A program made the translations under genes and the position numbers. The notes under the pieces are model-generated. The model saw only the letters and a list, made by a program, of their open reading frames with translations. It made no database searches and was not told where the DNA came from. This document shows positions 54,344 to 64,000 of a DNA stretch of 64,000 bases, in pieces (within the stretch, counting starts at the first letter, position 1; each line of letters opens with the position of its first letter). Location of the stretch: positions 32,001-96,000 of IMG/VR virus record IMGVR_UViG_3300027917_000019. One strand, given 5' to 3'. This stretch comes from a virus.

Positions 54344-57300
54344 ATGCCTAAGTCTCTAAAAGTACATGCCAACGAGCGTGTTGATATCCCGGATTTTGAA
54401 CGCGCCGCAAATGACTACACCAATGAGCGTGCAGCATTTGAAGAAGAGCGTCTCGTTCTAGACAGACGATCTCGTGTTCTAGAAGGATTTCGTGTCAAGA
54501 TTGAGGATCAAACCGCCACACCTGGTGCCATTACTGTGTTTAACGGAACGGCGTTGGATCGTGATGGATACTCGCTACACGATGAAGAGCAGGCAGATGC
54601 TAGTGTAACCCTAACCCTTTCGGGGGCGGCAACTACGTTTTATCTAGAAGTAGAGCTTGCAACGGCAGATACGGACACGGATGCTCGCGAATTCTGGGAT
54701 CCTACGTTTGATAACGGAGCACCGCCTGCAGTTGACGGCGCAGAATTTGCAATTCCTGTAGCTACTAGAGTCACTCCTACATGGCGAATCGTACAGCCTG
54801 TTTCTACTACAGCTTTTGCTTCAACAGCAGACCCTGGCAGTACAAAGATTCCTCTGGCGATCTTGACTACTGACGGCTCTAACGTAATCAACGGTACGTC
54901 TACCGTAGGGCTTGTCCAGGTGGATGCCGCGTCTGTAACAGAGTCTTCCATTACCGCTGGAGGTACTTTGTTGAGAGTTTTCGATTCTAGACTGTTGGGT
55001 AACGTTGGAGACGACGTAATTCTTGGGTTTGGTCTTGGTACTTCAGAGACAGCAACCCTTACAGCAAACGACAAGGATAACGGAATTATCCAGTTTGCTG
55101 CATCTACTAATGCCCACGGTGTTGGTGAAATTGTACAGGCGGCTGGTACTGGGCGCCTCATGCAAGAGAAGCAAGACCCAAACAACTCCTCAGCCCATCC
55201 CGATAACACAAGACGTTTGTGGCAGGGAGATGAAGTTCGCGGTGGTGCTCTTACTCAGTCTAAGGACGCAGTTGCTGATCGAGATGATCTAAACGTTCGT
55301 ACTCTCAAAGACAAGCTGGATATGTATGATGGCTTGATTAGAGAGTTGAAGTGGGGAGCGTTTGATCCTGCAACAACAAGCGTTACTCCTCCCACAGTGT
55401 TTGCCTCACGGCCTAGGTATTTCCACAATGCAGGATCTGTTGCGGGTTCTCGCGCCGTTACTCTTACCATTGGTAACGGCACTTCAACGTTTGGAGACTA
55501 CAACGGTACGGATGAGAATGTTTTCCTAAATGCTTTGAACGCGCTGCCTAACACAGGCGGGGCTATTCACGTGAAGGCAGGAACTTATCAGATCGGTAAT
55601 CAGGTGGGGTTTGCAACTGCCGGAAAAGATGTAGTCTTTACGGCTGAATATGGTACAGTTGTTGTTGAACAACGTAATAGCGGTGGTGCTGCGTTCTTGA
55701 TAAACCAGTCTGGAGATCTCATCGGTTTCCATGGGTTTATTTTCAACGTTGCCGGAACGGGTACACAAGATATCTTCGAAGCCAGCGCAGGACGCTGGGA
55801 GATGCGCAACTGCGACATCAACGGAAGTGTGTTGGCGTCTGGTGCTTCTACCTCATTAGTACTAGATTGGCATGGAGTAAACATCGTTTCCGCTACAGGT
55901 AATGAGGCGTTCTACACCACCAAGACAGGTACGGGTGTTAGTGGTCTAGTAACCAAGTGTGAGTTTAGAACCACGACAGACACGTCTGTAGATGATGTGA
56001 GTCTTCGTGGCTTGTTCACTAGTTGTCGTTTTAACGCCTGCAGATTCCAGGGAGCAACAACGTATGCTTACCGCTGTGTTGAATTGGCTGCCGGTTTGGA
56101 CGTGCAGTTTACCAACTGCTTTTTCCAAGGACGTCGTGCGGTTGAAGTAGACACAACAGTAAATGCAACGTTTACTGGTTGCTTTTTCCTTACACAGGCT
56201 AACACACTAGATGCAGGTATCCTTCTAACGGCTACAGATAGCGCACTTTTCAACGGTTGTCATATCCACCATCAGGAGAGCAGCGCTCCCGATACCTCGT
56301 CTACCCCTATGATTGCTATGTTTCTTGACGGTGCTAGTGAAGGTACAACCATTTCTGGTTGTACTTTTGAAGGAGAGTCGGGGGCAACAATCTATACAGT
56401 GGGAATTGCTTGTGGAGCAACTACTACACGTGCTGCGCAGGTGCGAATCACTGGGTGTGATTTCAAGTGGATGTATGTGGGGGTTTACCTCGACACAACC
56501 ACAGCTGGTGTAGCTCCTCCTGGGTCTACATTCAACGTTTCAAACTGTACGGTTGATTTTGACGCTTTGGCATATTCCGAGGTTTACGGAATTGTTGCAG
56601 CAGGGGGGCCTGAGGTTGAACTAAATGTCAGCAACTGTACTGTTTCTAACGGACACAACGCGGACAGTTGTATTGGTATCGGTTTCGTAGACATGGAGAC
56701 CGATTCTCGACTTATTGTAGACGGTTGTACGGTAGAAGGTTTGGGAACAGTCTCAGGGTCTGGATCTGTGTTTGGGATTTTGTGCACCGGTACTGCAGCT
56801 GTAGACGAGGGTAGTGCGATTATTTCTAACAACCACGTTAGAACACTAGCTACAAGTTCAACGCAGTGTGCTGGTATTTTTGTGAACGGTATCGAACGTG
56901 CTGTCATAACGGGTAACGTAGTAGAAGGACTCACCACCGTCACTGGTACGATCAGTGCTGTAGGTACTGGTCCTGGTTTGGGCGCTGGACACGAAGCACT
57001 AGTCATTTCAGACAACATCATTCAGAATATGACCGCTGCAACGTCAGGAACTATTAAGGCTGTTGAAGTTCTCTCTTTCCCGCAGACGGTTGTAAAGGGG
57101 AACATCATTCACGGTATCGCAACAGCTACTACTACAGGCAGTAGGGCAATTGAAATCACTGCTGCAACGCAGAGCGTGATTGTAGGCAGTAACAACATCT
57201 TCATGGAAGCGGGCGCTTCTCCGGCTGGTGATGACGTTCAGTATTGTGTTTACGTTGACGTACCTAGTCTTGGTATGGCTATCATTGAGAACAACGCGAT

Positions 57301-57943
57301 CAAGATGGGAGACGTAGCGTCTCGTGGGATCAAGGTAGACCCCAATAGCCCTGGCGTAGCGTATGGAGGAGTATCTATTGCTGGCAATACCATCTCTGAC
57401 ATGACAGCGGCTGGTGCTAAGGGTATAGAAGTTACAGGGCCGAGTAACTTTGACACTTCTGGGCCTGTGAGCGTTACAGGAAACACCATTCAAGTTAGCG
57501 CATATAATGCAACTCATGGAGGTATCATCATAGTAGGTAACTCAGGGTTCGAGCTTGAAGGCGTGGCCATTACCGGTAACAATATTTGGGCAACTAACAC
57601 CACCAATACAAGAACTGCTGGTTACGCAAACGCAGGTATTGGACTAACATACTGTGACTACGTATCAGTTTCCGGCAACACGGTTCGTTGGAATCAGGCT
57701 GGTACTTCAAGTGGAGAAGGTATAGTTGCTGATAACTGTCAGCAGGGGGCCATTGCTGGGAACATCGTCACTCCTGCCTCTACTGGTGGAAACGAAATCT
57801 CACATACGGGTGGAGATTTTGCTATCGTCGGAAACTGTGTTGGTGGTGGCGGACAAGCCGGTACTGTTGGTGGAGTCGGTTCTACTTACACAGTTGATCC
57901 AACCGCTGGCACACCTGAGCCTCTTAACCACCTCGGCCCGTGA
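54344..57943 (+). CDS. tailspike/tail fibre with right-handed beta-helix (pectin lyase-like)
   Basis: GGAIHVKAGTY followed by many I.GN.I and F..C.F repeats. Confidence 0.85.
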   Translation: MPKSLKVHANERVDIPDFERAANDYTNERAAFEEERLVLDRRSRVLEGFRVKIEDQTATPGAITVFNGTALDRDGYSLHDEEQADASVTLTLSGAATTFYLEVELATADTDTDAREFWDPTFDNGAPPAVDGAEFAIPVATRVTPTWRIVQPVSTTAFASTADPGSTKIPLAILTTDGSNVINGTSTVGLVQVDAASVTESSITAGGTLLRVFDSRLLGNVGDDVILGFGLGTSETATLTANDKDNGIIQFAASTNAHGVGEIVQAAGTGRLMQEKQDPNNSSAHPDNTRRLWQGDEVRGGALTQSKDAVADRDDLNVRTLKDKLDMYDGLIRELKWGAFDPATTSVTPPTVFASRPRYFHNAGSVAGSRAVTLTIGNGTSTFGDYNGTDENVFLNALNALPNTGGAIHVKAGTYQIGNQVGFATAGKDVVFTAEYGTVVVEQRNSGGAAFLINQSGDLIGFHGFIFNVAGTGTQDIFEASAGRWEMRNCDINGSVLASGASTSLVLDWHGVNIVSATGNEAFYTTKTGTGVSGLVTKCEFRTTTDTSVDDVSLRGLFTSCRFNACRFQGATTYAYRCVELAAGLDVQFTNCFFQGRRAVEVDTTVNATFTGCFFLTQANTLDAGILLTATDSALFNGCHIHHQESSAPDTSSTPMIAMFLDGASEGTTISGCTFEGESGATIYTVGIACGATTTRAAQVRITGCDFKWMYVGVYLDTTTAGVAPPGSTFNVSNCTVDFDALAYSEVYGIVAAGGPEVELNVSNCTVSNGHNADSCIGIGFVDMETDSRLIVDGCTVEGLGTVSGSGSVFGILCTGTAAVDEGSAIISNNHVRTLATSSTQCAGIFVNGIERAVITGNVVEGLTTVTGTISAVGTGPGLGAGHEALVISDNIIQNMTAATSGTIKAVEVLSFPQTVVKGNIIHGIATATTTGSRAIEITAATQSVIVGSNNIFMEAGASPAGDDVQYCVYVDVPSLGMAIIENNAIKMGDVASRGIKVDPNSPGVAYGGVSIAGNTISDMTAAGAKGIEVTGPSNFDTSGPVSVTGNTIQVSAYNATHGGIIIVGNSGFELEGVAITGNNIWATNTTNTRTAGYANAGIGLTYCDYVSVSGNTVRWNQAGTSSGEGIVADNCQQGAIAGNIVTPASTGGNEISHTGGDFAIVGNCVGGGGQAGTVGGVGSTYTVDPTAGTPEPLNHLGP

Positions 57944-57988
57944 TCTCTTTCACCCACATAAGTGGGTCTATTTGGAAAAGGTAATTTC

Positions 57989-58429
57989 ATGCGTAAGCTA
58001 TTTGCACTTGTTACATTCGCTATTGTTGGGTTCTTCCCGCTATTGGCGCTCGCACAGGATCCGGCTGCCGCACCTGAGGGGCTGGAAACACTCGCTCCCC
58101 TCATTGATGCTGCACAGGGTGGCCGTTGGAGCCTCTTTGCGTCTCTCCTAATCATGCTTCTTGTTTGGGTAGCTACAAAGGCTCCTGTTGTCAAGGACTG
58201 GATTAAGGGTGAAGCCCGTATCTGGACGGCCGCAGTTGCTGGTATGTTGGCTGCATTTGCAGCATCTGTGTATGTAGGTTCTACTGAAGGCGCTGTTGAT
58301 TGGCTTGCTGCTATTCTTGAAGGTCTTTCAGTAGGTCTTGCAGCTGGTGGTTTGTGGTCGCTTATTGGTAGGAAGATTGCCAAGAAGCCGATCGATGCTG
58401 ACGGTGACGGTGTTCTAGACGCGGAGTGA
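57989..58429 (+). CDS. holin-like membrane protein
   Basis: Signal-like N-terminus, 3 further hydrophobic helices, AAGGLWS; C-terminal DADGDG. Confidence 0.55.
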   Translation: MRKLFALVTFAIVGFFPLLALAQDPAAAPEGLETLAPLIDAAQGGRWSLFASLLIMLLVWVATKAPVVKDWIKGEARIWTAAVAGMLAAFAASVYVGSTEGAVDWLAAILEGLSVGLAAGGLWSLIGRKIAKKPIDADGDGVLDAE

Positions 58430-58432
58430 GCT

Positions 58433-59425
58433 TTGGCTTTTACGATCACACAAGAGTTCCCGCTTAGTGACCACGAAGCGTGGTGGCTTCTCAAAGAGAA
58501 GTTAGTTGCTGCTGGCGCGTCTGTAAAGTCGTCTAGTGATGCAACAACATATGGTGCTGGTGATAACTTGTCGGCAGGTGGCCCATACCCTCAATCAGGG
58601 GCTGGGTCATTTGCCAACACCAATGCGTGGATGGTGATTCAATTCCCTGCTGTTGGTGGTGTGACTCGTGAAGTTTGCTTTCAAAAAACGGCATCCGTAG
58701 GTCGCATCGTATTCTACTACTCGTCTGATGGCACAGGCTTTAGTGGAGGAACTGCTACCGTGCGCCCAACTGCAACTGATGAGCAGTTTCTACAGAACAA
58801 TGGAGACAACGTTCACGAAGTAGCTAATCCACAAGAAACAGAAGTGACTTTTTGGGTCGGTGACGCTACCGAAGGTTACTCTTGGATGATGCAGGTTCGT
58901 CAGCAAGGTTTTAAGTGGATTTTGTCTCTTTCGTTCATGGATGTCGTTACTTCGCCAGTAACAGGGGACACAGATCCTTGTGTGATGTGTTGCCACACAG
59001 ATAACTCCAACTCTCCCTTCTCTTCTTCAGGTGGGGTCTTTAGCGCAACTGCAGTCAACAATGCAACTTCAACTAACATTGCCGGTTGGCTTGACAAGGG
59101 TGGATTAGATGAGTGGGTGGCATGGCCTCTGTGTTATCCGGGGATGACTGCAGGTACTGGGGGTGCTGTACAAATTTGGCACAGGGGCGTTAATGCTTGG
59201 CAGGGTCCTAACGATGCTGGCAACTACGACATGATGCCTGCAGTGTATTCACGAGGAGAACAAACGTTCACAAGTAACTCTAAAGGCTTTAAGGGGATTT
59301 CTAGGCTGTTTAGAATCATTCCCTCCTTGTATGAGCACGCTAGAGTTAGTGCTGATGGATTGCTTGTGGCTAATGAGGGTATTGTAAGACCTTGGTCAGC
59401 TGCCCTACCTAAGGTGTGGTATTGA
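58433..59425 (+). CDS. putative tail-associated protein
   Basis: 330 aa; similar to the next gene. Confidence 0.7.
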   Translation: MAFTITQEFPLSDHEAWWLLKEKLVAAGASVKSSSDATTYGAGDNLSAGGPYPQSGAGSFANTNAWMVIQFPAVGGVTREVCFQKTASVGRIVFYYSSDGTGFSGGTATVRPTATDEQFLQNNGDNVHEVANPQETEVTFWVGDATEGYSWMMQVRQQGFKWILSLSFMDVVTSPVTGDTDPCVMCCHTDNSNSPFSSSGGVFSATAVNNATSTNIAGWLDKGGLDEWVAWPLCYPGMTAGTGGAVQIWHRGVNAWQGPNDAGNYDMMPAVYSRGEQTFTSNSKGFKGISRLFRIIPSLYEHARVSADGLLVANEGIVRPWSAALPKVWY

Positions 59426-59426
59426 T

Positions 59427-60611
59427 ATGGCGTGGACGGCAGAGTTTAACGTAGAGTGTGCCAATGTTGCTGAAGCCTTTCTGGCTTGGAAGGATTCTGC
59501 GGTTACTTATGGTGGCATGACTGTCATCTCTTCGGGAGACGGTTCAGGCGGTAATTTTTCCGGACTTGCTGGAGGAGACATCCTTACCGTCGCATCTATG
59601 ACAGATGCTGTGCAGAACAACATCCACAATAATGATGCGTGGTTTCGCGGACAGTGGCCTAACGGACGAGAAATTGTGGTTAGGATGGCGGGGGCATCTA
59701 CTAGCCAGGTATGTATCGCATACTCAGCAGCGGCCGGCTTTACAGGAGCCCAGTACGGGTCTACTGCAGGCGGTAGCGGAACAGACGCAACGGTGGGTGC
59801 ATCTACTCCTCCTAGCGCGGATGATGGGGTTGTTATTCACGTATCTACGGGAGACTTCATAACTTCCACCGGAGTATTGATGTTTCCACGATTTGCTAAT
59901 GGCGGTATTTCTGGTGTAGCAGTAGGGCGTCAAGTTCTCCACATGTTGTGGGGTGGGGCTGATGAAGACTATGCGTGGTATGCATTGTCCTGGCAACATG
60001 GAGAGACCCACCTAGGGCCCATCGGCGGAATGTTTATGGACGCTGTAACCAATGCACCCACTGCGCGTCCAGATGCTATGGTTATTGGTACGTTTGCCGG
60101 TTCCGGTACTAATCCGTTTTCTCATGAATCAAAGATGTTCAATGAGCAGGGCTACCACACAGGCTATAGTGGGGCTAGCGGCGGTCGTGCGTATTCTTGG
60201 CTTACTGGTGTAAGAACGGCTGCCGGAGGGTTTGGAGCAGGGCCTCCAGACCCCACAAGCACTAAAGACACAGAGATGCAGTCTGTGCATGTTATGCAAT
60301 TTGGGTCTGTAGGAGCCCCTCAGTATAACTTGTGGGATCCTAATGGAATTGTAGTTCCTGCTGACGGCATTGTTCACGGAACAGATGCAACGAGCGGTCT
60401 TTACAACACGTTTGGCCCAGCACAGTGGTGGGCTTGTAGATACCCGTACCTTGGAGAGCCTGCACGTCAGGGATATATAGGCTCTAGCCGCCTTTTCCGT
60501 TTTGGAAATACTGGAGATGGTATGCGAGACTTGAGTACTGATCTCAACTGGCGCTGTATTGGTGGCGTTTGGTGTCGTTGGGACGGTGTTACTGGAACGG
60601 TGCTTGTCTAA
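59427..60611 (+). CDS. putative tail-associated protein, paralogue of previous
   Basis: Shared V.SS.D, N.AW, RE, YS....F.G, P.A.D, FMD.VT, G..G.SRLFR. Confidence 0.7.
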   Translation: MAWTAEFNVECANVAEAFLAWKDSAVTYGGMTVISSGDGSGGNFSGLAGGDILTVASMTDAVQNNIHNNDAWFRGQWPNGREIVVRMAGASTSQVCIAYSAAAGFTGAQYGSTAGGSGTDATVGASTPPSADDGVVIHVSTGDFITSTGVLMFPRFANGGISGVAVGRQVLHMLWGGADEDYAWYALSWQHGETHLGPIGGMFMDAVTNAPTARPDAMVIGTFAGSGTNPFSHESKMFNEQGYHTGYSGASGGRAYSWLTGVRTAAGGFGAGPPDPTSTKDTEMQSVHVMQFGSVGAPQYNLWDPNGIVVPADGIVHGTDATSGLYNTFGPAQWWACRYPYLGEPARQGYIGSSRLFRFGNTGDGMRDLSTDLNWRCIGGVWCRWDGVTGTVLV

Positions 60612-61717
60612 TGGCCAGTTGGAACTATGAAACAGAAGTAGCTGCAGATACTCCGCTACATTGGTGGAAACTTAGTGATCCTTCAGGTACGGCGGCTAAA
60701 GATGACGGTAGTGCTGCTGAAGATGGTACGTATACTGGAACAGCCGGCGAGCGCCTCATAAACCAAGACCCTATTATTTGGGGAGCAAATCCAGGTCCTC
60801 AGGGGCGTGCAGTAAAGTGGAATGAAGATGCAGGCGCATTGGATGACGGCTACATGGTGCGTACTGAACCCACACTCCCTACGACTGCGATTGCTTGTGA
60901 ATTTTGGATTGAGAATCCCTCAGACGTCGTAACAACCTGGCCACTTTCCTACGTTATCACTGGCCCTGTACTGGAGTTTGCGGTAGAGTTTGTCTCAACA
61001 TCAACAATCAGAACACACATTAAGGGTACTGCGACTTCACAAACTCTTATCAGCCCACTCAACTCTATCGCAGACGGTAGAGCACATCATATTTACGTAG
61101 ATTGGCGTAATAGTGACGGGCGTTTGCGTTTGTTCCTTGACGGTGTACAACACGATGAGAACACTGCCATTCAGACAAGCGCTACGTTGACCGCAGGAGG
61201 AACGCTCATGCTGGCACAGAACCAGAGCGCTCCGGGAACGCCAGGGGCAGCCGCAGATGCTTACGAAGGGCGTATGGACCAAGTAGCTATCTACTCAGCA
61301 CCCTTGTCGGACGCCCGTATTCGTGTTCACGCAAGTGCGGGACTTATCAGGTACGCAGGGATTGAAGACCACGCCGACGCACTAACTGTAGATGAGTTTG
61401 TTGTAATGGGCACAGCAGCCCCTAACTTTGTACTAGTAGCATTTGATCCTCTACGAGGAGATGTAACCGCTCAGACAGCAACAACTTTGACCTTTACCCT
61501 CACACAAGTAGCGGGTACGTTAGTCCCCGCAGACGTTACTGTACAAATACAAGGACAAACTATCTATACAGCAGGAACCTTCTATGGAGAGTATACTGGG
61601 TCTTCTGTTGCTGACTTAGGGGCGGGGGTGTTTCAGTTTAGCTTGGTTAAGGCCACAGATTGGTCTACAGCGTCTAGACAAGAAGTTACTGTTTATCTTC
61701 CGGGTGAAACTCCGTAA
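60611..61717 (+). CDS. LamG/concanavalin A-like domain protein
   Basis: PLHWWKL.D, DGRAHHI, LFLDG, GRMDQVAIYSAPLS. Confidence 0.85.
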   Translation: MASWNYETEVAADTPLHWWKLSDPSGTAAKDDGSAAEDGTYTGTAGERLINQDPIIWGANPGPQGRAVKWNEDAGALDDGYMVRTEPTLPTTAIACEFWIENPSDVVTTWPLSYVITGPVLEFAVEFVSTSTIRTHIKGTATSQTLISPLNSIADGRAHHIYVDWRNSDGRLRLFLDGVQHDENTAIQTSATLTAGGTLMLAQNQSAPGTPGAAADAYEGRMDQVAIYSAPLSDARIRVHASAGLIRYAGIEDHADALTVDEFVVMGTAAPNFVLVAFDPLRGDVTAQTATTLTFTLTQVAGTLVPADVTVQIQGQTIYTAGTFYGEYTGSSVADLGAGVFQFSLVKATDWSTASRQEVTVYLPGETP

Positions 61718-62208
61718 TGCCTGTTTCTCTCTACTTTACTGTTGAAGAACTACCTGCGGTAGACATACTGGCGCACGATACTATCATCATAACGTTTGAA
61801 CAACCGGTTGTGATAGACTCTGCTTTCTTTGACGTAACTAACTACGACATTGGTATTGTTGAAGGTGTGGGGCTGATTCAGGTAAAAGAGATTCTTTCTC
61901 CGATTGCAGATGCCGCAACATTGGAGGGTGGGCGCCCTCTAACAACCACTTATGTCATCCTACACACAGAACCTCCCACGGCAGGGACACATTACAGACT
62001 GACCGCTACAGGGCTTACAGGGACTACAGGAGGCACTGTAGCGGGCTCTAGTGAATTCATTGGGCGTAGGACTAAGACACAGTCTCTAATTCAATCTATG
62101 CCGGCACACTATGACACTCGCCCGCCTTCTGTGATACGAAACATTTTGACAGCTATAGGTATTTCTGACGAGATTATAGGCGGGTCCCGTTCTGATCGAA
62201 TACTGTAA
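61717..62208 (+). CDS. Ig-like virion protein
   Basis: ITFEQPV...NY, Y.LT..GL; MP.HYD...NILTAIG.SD. Confidence 0.6.
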   Translation: MPVSLYFTVEELPAVDILAHDTIIITFEQPVVIDSAFFDVTNYDIGIVEGVGLIQVKEILSPIADAATLEGGRPLTTTYVILHTEPPTAGTHYRLTATGLTGTTGGTVAGSSEFIGRRTKTQSLIQSMPAHYDTRPPSVIRNILTAIGISDEIIGGSRSDRIL

Positions 62209-62218
62209 GTGAGGGAAC

Positions 62219-62626
62219 ATGAGCGTAATGGATGATGTTCTTGCTGCCATTCAGCGAGACAAGGAAAAGACACAGACAGGGGATGGCGGCTGGATTGGCG
62301 CTCTTGTAGCTGGTATAATCGTCATAATTGTGACTGCTGTTTTTGCCTTCATCGCTTGGAAGAAGGGTAAAGAAGTATCTAGGATACTTCACGAGCAAGC
62401 TGTTCAGGAAGAGGATGCACACCAAGCGCGCATTGATATCATCCTCTCTGAAGGTGAAGAAGCAGCCCAGAAAGCTCTGCAGGAGGCTGAGGCTGCGCGC
62501 GTGTCTATAGAAGCGTTGGAAGAAAAACGACAACGCCTAGAGGAGGAACATCGTGAGATACGTAAGAAGATTGATGCTATCACTAGTTGGGATGACGTTG
62601 ATAGCTTCCTTGGCGGGAACCGCTGA
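62219..62626 (+). CDS. N-terminal TM plus coiled-coil protein (i-spanin-like)
   Basis: TM WIGALVAGIIVIIVTAVFAFIAW then coiled coil. Confidence 0.6.
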   Translation: MSVMDDVLAAIQRDKEKTQTGDGGWIGALVAGIIVIIVTAVFAFIAWKKGKEVSRILHEQAVQEEDAHQARIDIILSEGEEAAQKALQEAEAARVSIEALEEKRQRLEEEHREIRKKIDAITSWDDVDSFLGGNR

Positions 62627-63020
62627 GGCTCAACCCTCTATTAGATTCCCCGATCACACCACTATAGTTGTGGATGGGGTACGTTATGAGGGCTTTGATT
62701 TAGAAGGTTTCAGACAGCTTCTATTGATAGATGCTGACTTGTTGTACGCCACTAGATTTATCGTTCTTCTTCAAGAGGAAATTGCCACTCTTGTTGAAGA
62801 GGGAGATCTTCTAAGAGAAGTCATAGCTGAGTCGCAACTACAGATTGAGACACTACAGGCTGAGAGAGACCGTCTTCGTGCTAAGTGGGAAGAAGAGAAT
62901 CGTCTTCGTTTAGATTGTGAGAATTCTCCTGACTTCCTTAGCTGGGCTGGTTGGGGGTTGGCAGGAGCCTTTTCCGTGGCTACATTGGTGCTTGGCCTTG
63001 TCGTAGGCTTTGCTTTGTAA
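62553..63020 (+). CDS. signal peptide, coiled coil and C-terminal TM protein (spanin partner candidate)
   Basis: AEA signal cleavage-like site; overlaps previous gene by 74 nt. Confidence 0.6.
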   Translation: MRYVRRLMLSLVGMTLIASLAGTAEAQPSIRFPDHTTIVVDGVRYEGFDLEGFRQLLLIDADLLYATRFIVLLQEEIATLVEEGDLLREVIAESQLQIETLQAERDRLRAKWEEENRLRLDCENSPDFLSWAGWGLAGAFSVATLVLGLVVGFAL

Positions 63021-63031
63021 TTGAGGTAGAC

Positions 63032-63874
63032 ATGAGAAGACAACCGGATCCTTACAGAGGACCCACTACGCTAGGTATAGATGTCTCTTCTTGGCAAGGG
63101 CACATCCTCTGGGACACCTTAATTAAGGTTGACAGGAATAATGTTTCTTTTGCAATTTGCAGAACTGGGGATGGAATAACCCCAGATAAGAACTTCATTA
63201 GAAACTGGACAGAGTCTAAGAAGGTAGGATTGATTAGAGGATCCTATCACTACTTCCGTGCTGATAGAGACGGTAAGGCTCAAGCCGACCTCATCCTCAA
63301 GCTTCTAAAGGATGCAGGAGGGCTCACAGTGGAAGACCTTCCTCCCGCCATTGACATAGAAGCGGGTGCAGCTACAAACCTGCCCGGAGGAGTTGTTTCA
63401 GGGACTGATAAACTCTCTGCAGATGTTGTAGTAGAGGAGAGTCTAGAGTTTTTGGAGACTCTTGAAAAAGCGCTAGGAGTTACGCCAATTGTCTACACAG
63501 GTCAGGCATTCCATTGGTGGTTGAGTCAAGCTCGTCCTGAACTAGCTGTGAAGTTTACCAAGTATCCGCTTTGGGTTCCGTCCTACACTAGCATTCCTAT
63601 CATTCCTGCAGATACAGAAGGTAACCTGTTCCCCTGGCCTCAGTGGCATATTTGGCAATTTACCAAGTCTGGAACTGTACCTGGAATCAGAGGGTCTGTA
63701 GACCTAAATAAGTTCCGAGGCACCTTAGAAGAGTTTCAAGCATTCGTCGCATCTTTGCATCTCAAAGCCGAGACTAATTTGGTTGTAGATCCGAAGGACC
63801 TCATTCGCGACGAAATGAAGAAGCTCATTGAGCGCTTGGCGTTCCTTCAGATGCAGTTGGACACCAGTGCCTGA
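63032..63874 (+). CDS. GH25 lysozyme (endolysin)
   Basis: GIDVSSWQG, GSYHYF, LPPAIDIE, PIVYT, PLWV, WQFT, VDLN; SD GAGGT. Confidence 0.95.
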   Translation: MRRQPDPYRGPTTLGIDVSSWQGHILWDTLIKVDRNNVSFAICRTGDGITPDKNFIRNWTESKKVGLIRGSYHYFRADRDGKAQADLILKLLKDAGGLTVEDLPPAIDIEAGAATNLPGGVVSGTDKLSADVVVEESLEFLETLEKALGVTPIVYTGQAFHWWLSQARPELAVKFTKYPLWVPSYTSIPIIPADTEGNLFPWPQWHIWQFTKSGTVPGIRGSVDLNKFRGTLEEFQAFVASLHLKAETNLVVDPKDLIRDEMKKLIERLAFLQMQLDTSA

Positions 63875-64000
63875 CCCTATTTTCTATTTCATGACGCCCT
63901 GGCGTCCGAGCATGCGTGATCGTGTCGATGTAATGACTGACGGTCAACGCACCGTATTCATACCCCTGAAGTATCTATATCCTGAGTGTTTGGTTCTCAT
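63867..64000 (+). CDS. hypothetical protein, 3' partial
   Basis: GTG overlapping the lysozyme end; frame open to window end. Confidence 0.45.
   Translation, partial: MPDPIFYFMTPWRPSMRDRVDVMTDGQRTVFIPLKYLYPECLVL

Noticed and set aside
570-63043. Minus-strand ORFs in the track
   Set aside because: They are antisense shadows of + strand genes or tRNAs, with no recognisable motifs
1-64000. Genome-wide TAG reassignment (code 15)
   Set aside because: Long genes are intact under code 11 with no internal TAG, and gene packing is tight
1-64000. CRISPR array, DGR repeats, integrase or introns in structural genes
   Set aside because: No spaced nucleotide repeats, reverse transcriptase, active recombinase or interrupted genes were seen by eye

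Overview
A 64 kb segment of a large contractile-tailed (myovirus) phage with an SPO1/Twort/A511-like virion module; all supported genes are on the + strand. Region 1-8.7 kb is a translation/RNA island: 14 tRNAs (including an amber CUA suppressor, Ile-UAU and two with shrunken D-arms), a tRNA-like RNA with a 33-nt D-loop insertion, a compact tmRNA (tag ADNAALPLAA), a ~205-nt unassigned structured RNA, and genes for Ro60/TROVE, peptide deformylase, a PTH2-like protein, an HNH nuclease, a HicA-like protein and a sulfotransferase. Region 9.7-24.4 kb holds the portal and about 15 putative head-internal proteins sharing a terminal L-Y-[IV]-type signal next to x-x-K|[SAG] sites (usually hydrophobic at the first position). 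This block includes a MuF-kinase fusion and an apparently catalytically dead topoisomerase IB. Region 24.5-64 kb has prohead protease, scaffold, major capsid, neck, sheath, tube, a +1 frameshift chaperone pair, tape measure, an M23-containing baseplate hub, baseplate, tailspike and lysis genes (GH25). No terminase, integrase or CRISPR array was seen. All family assignments are by eye from motifs; no database search was run.
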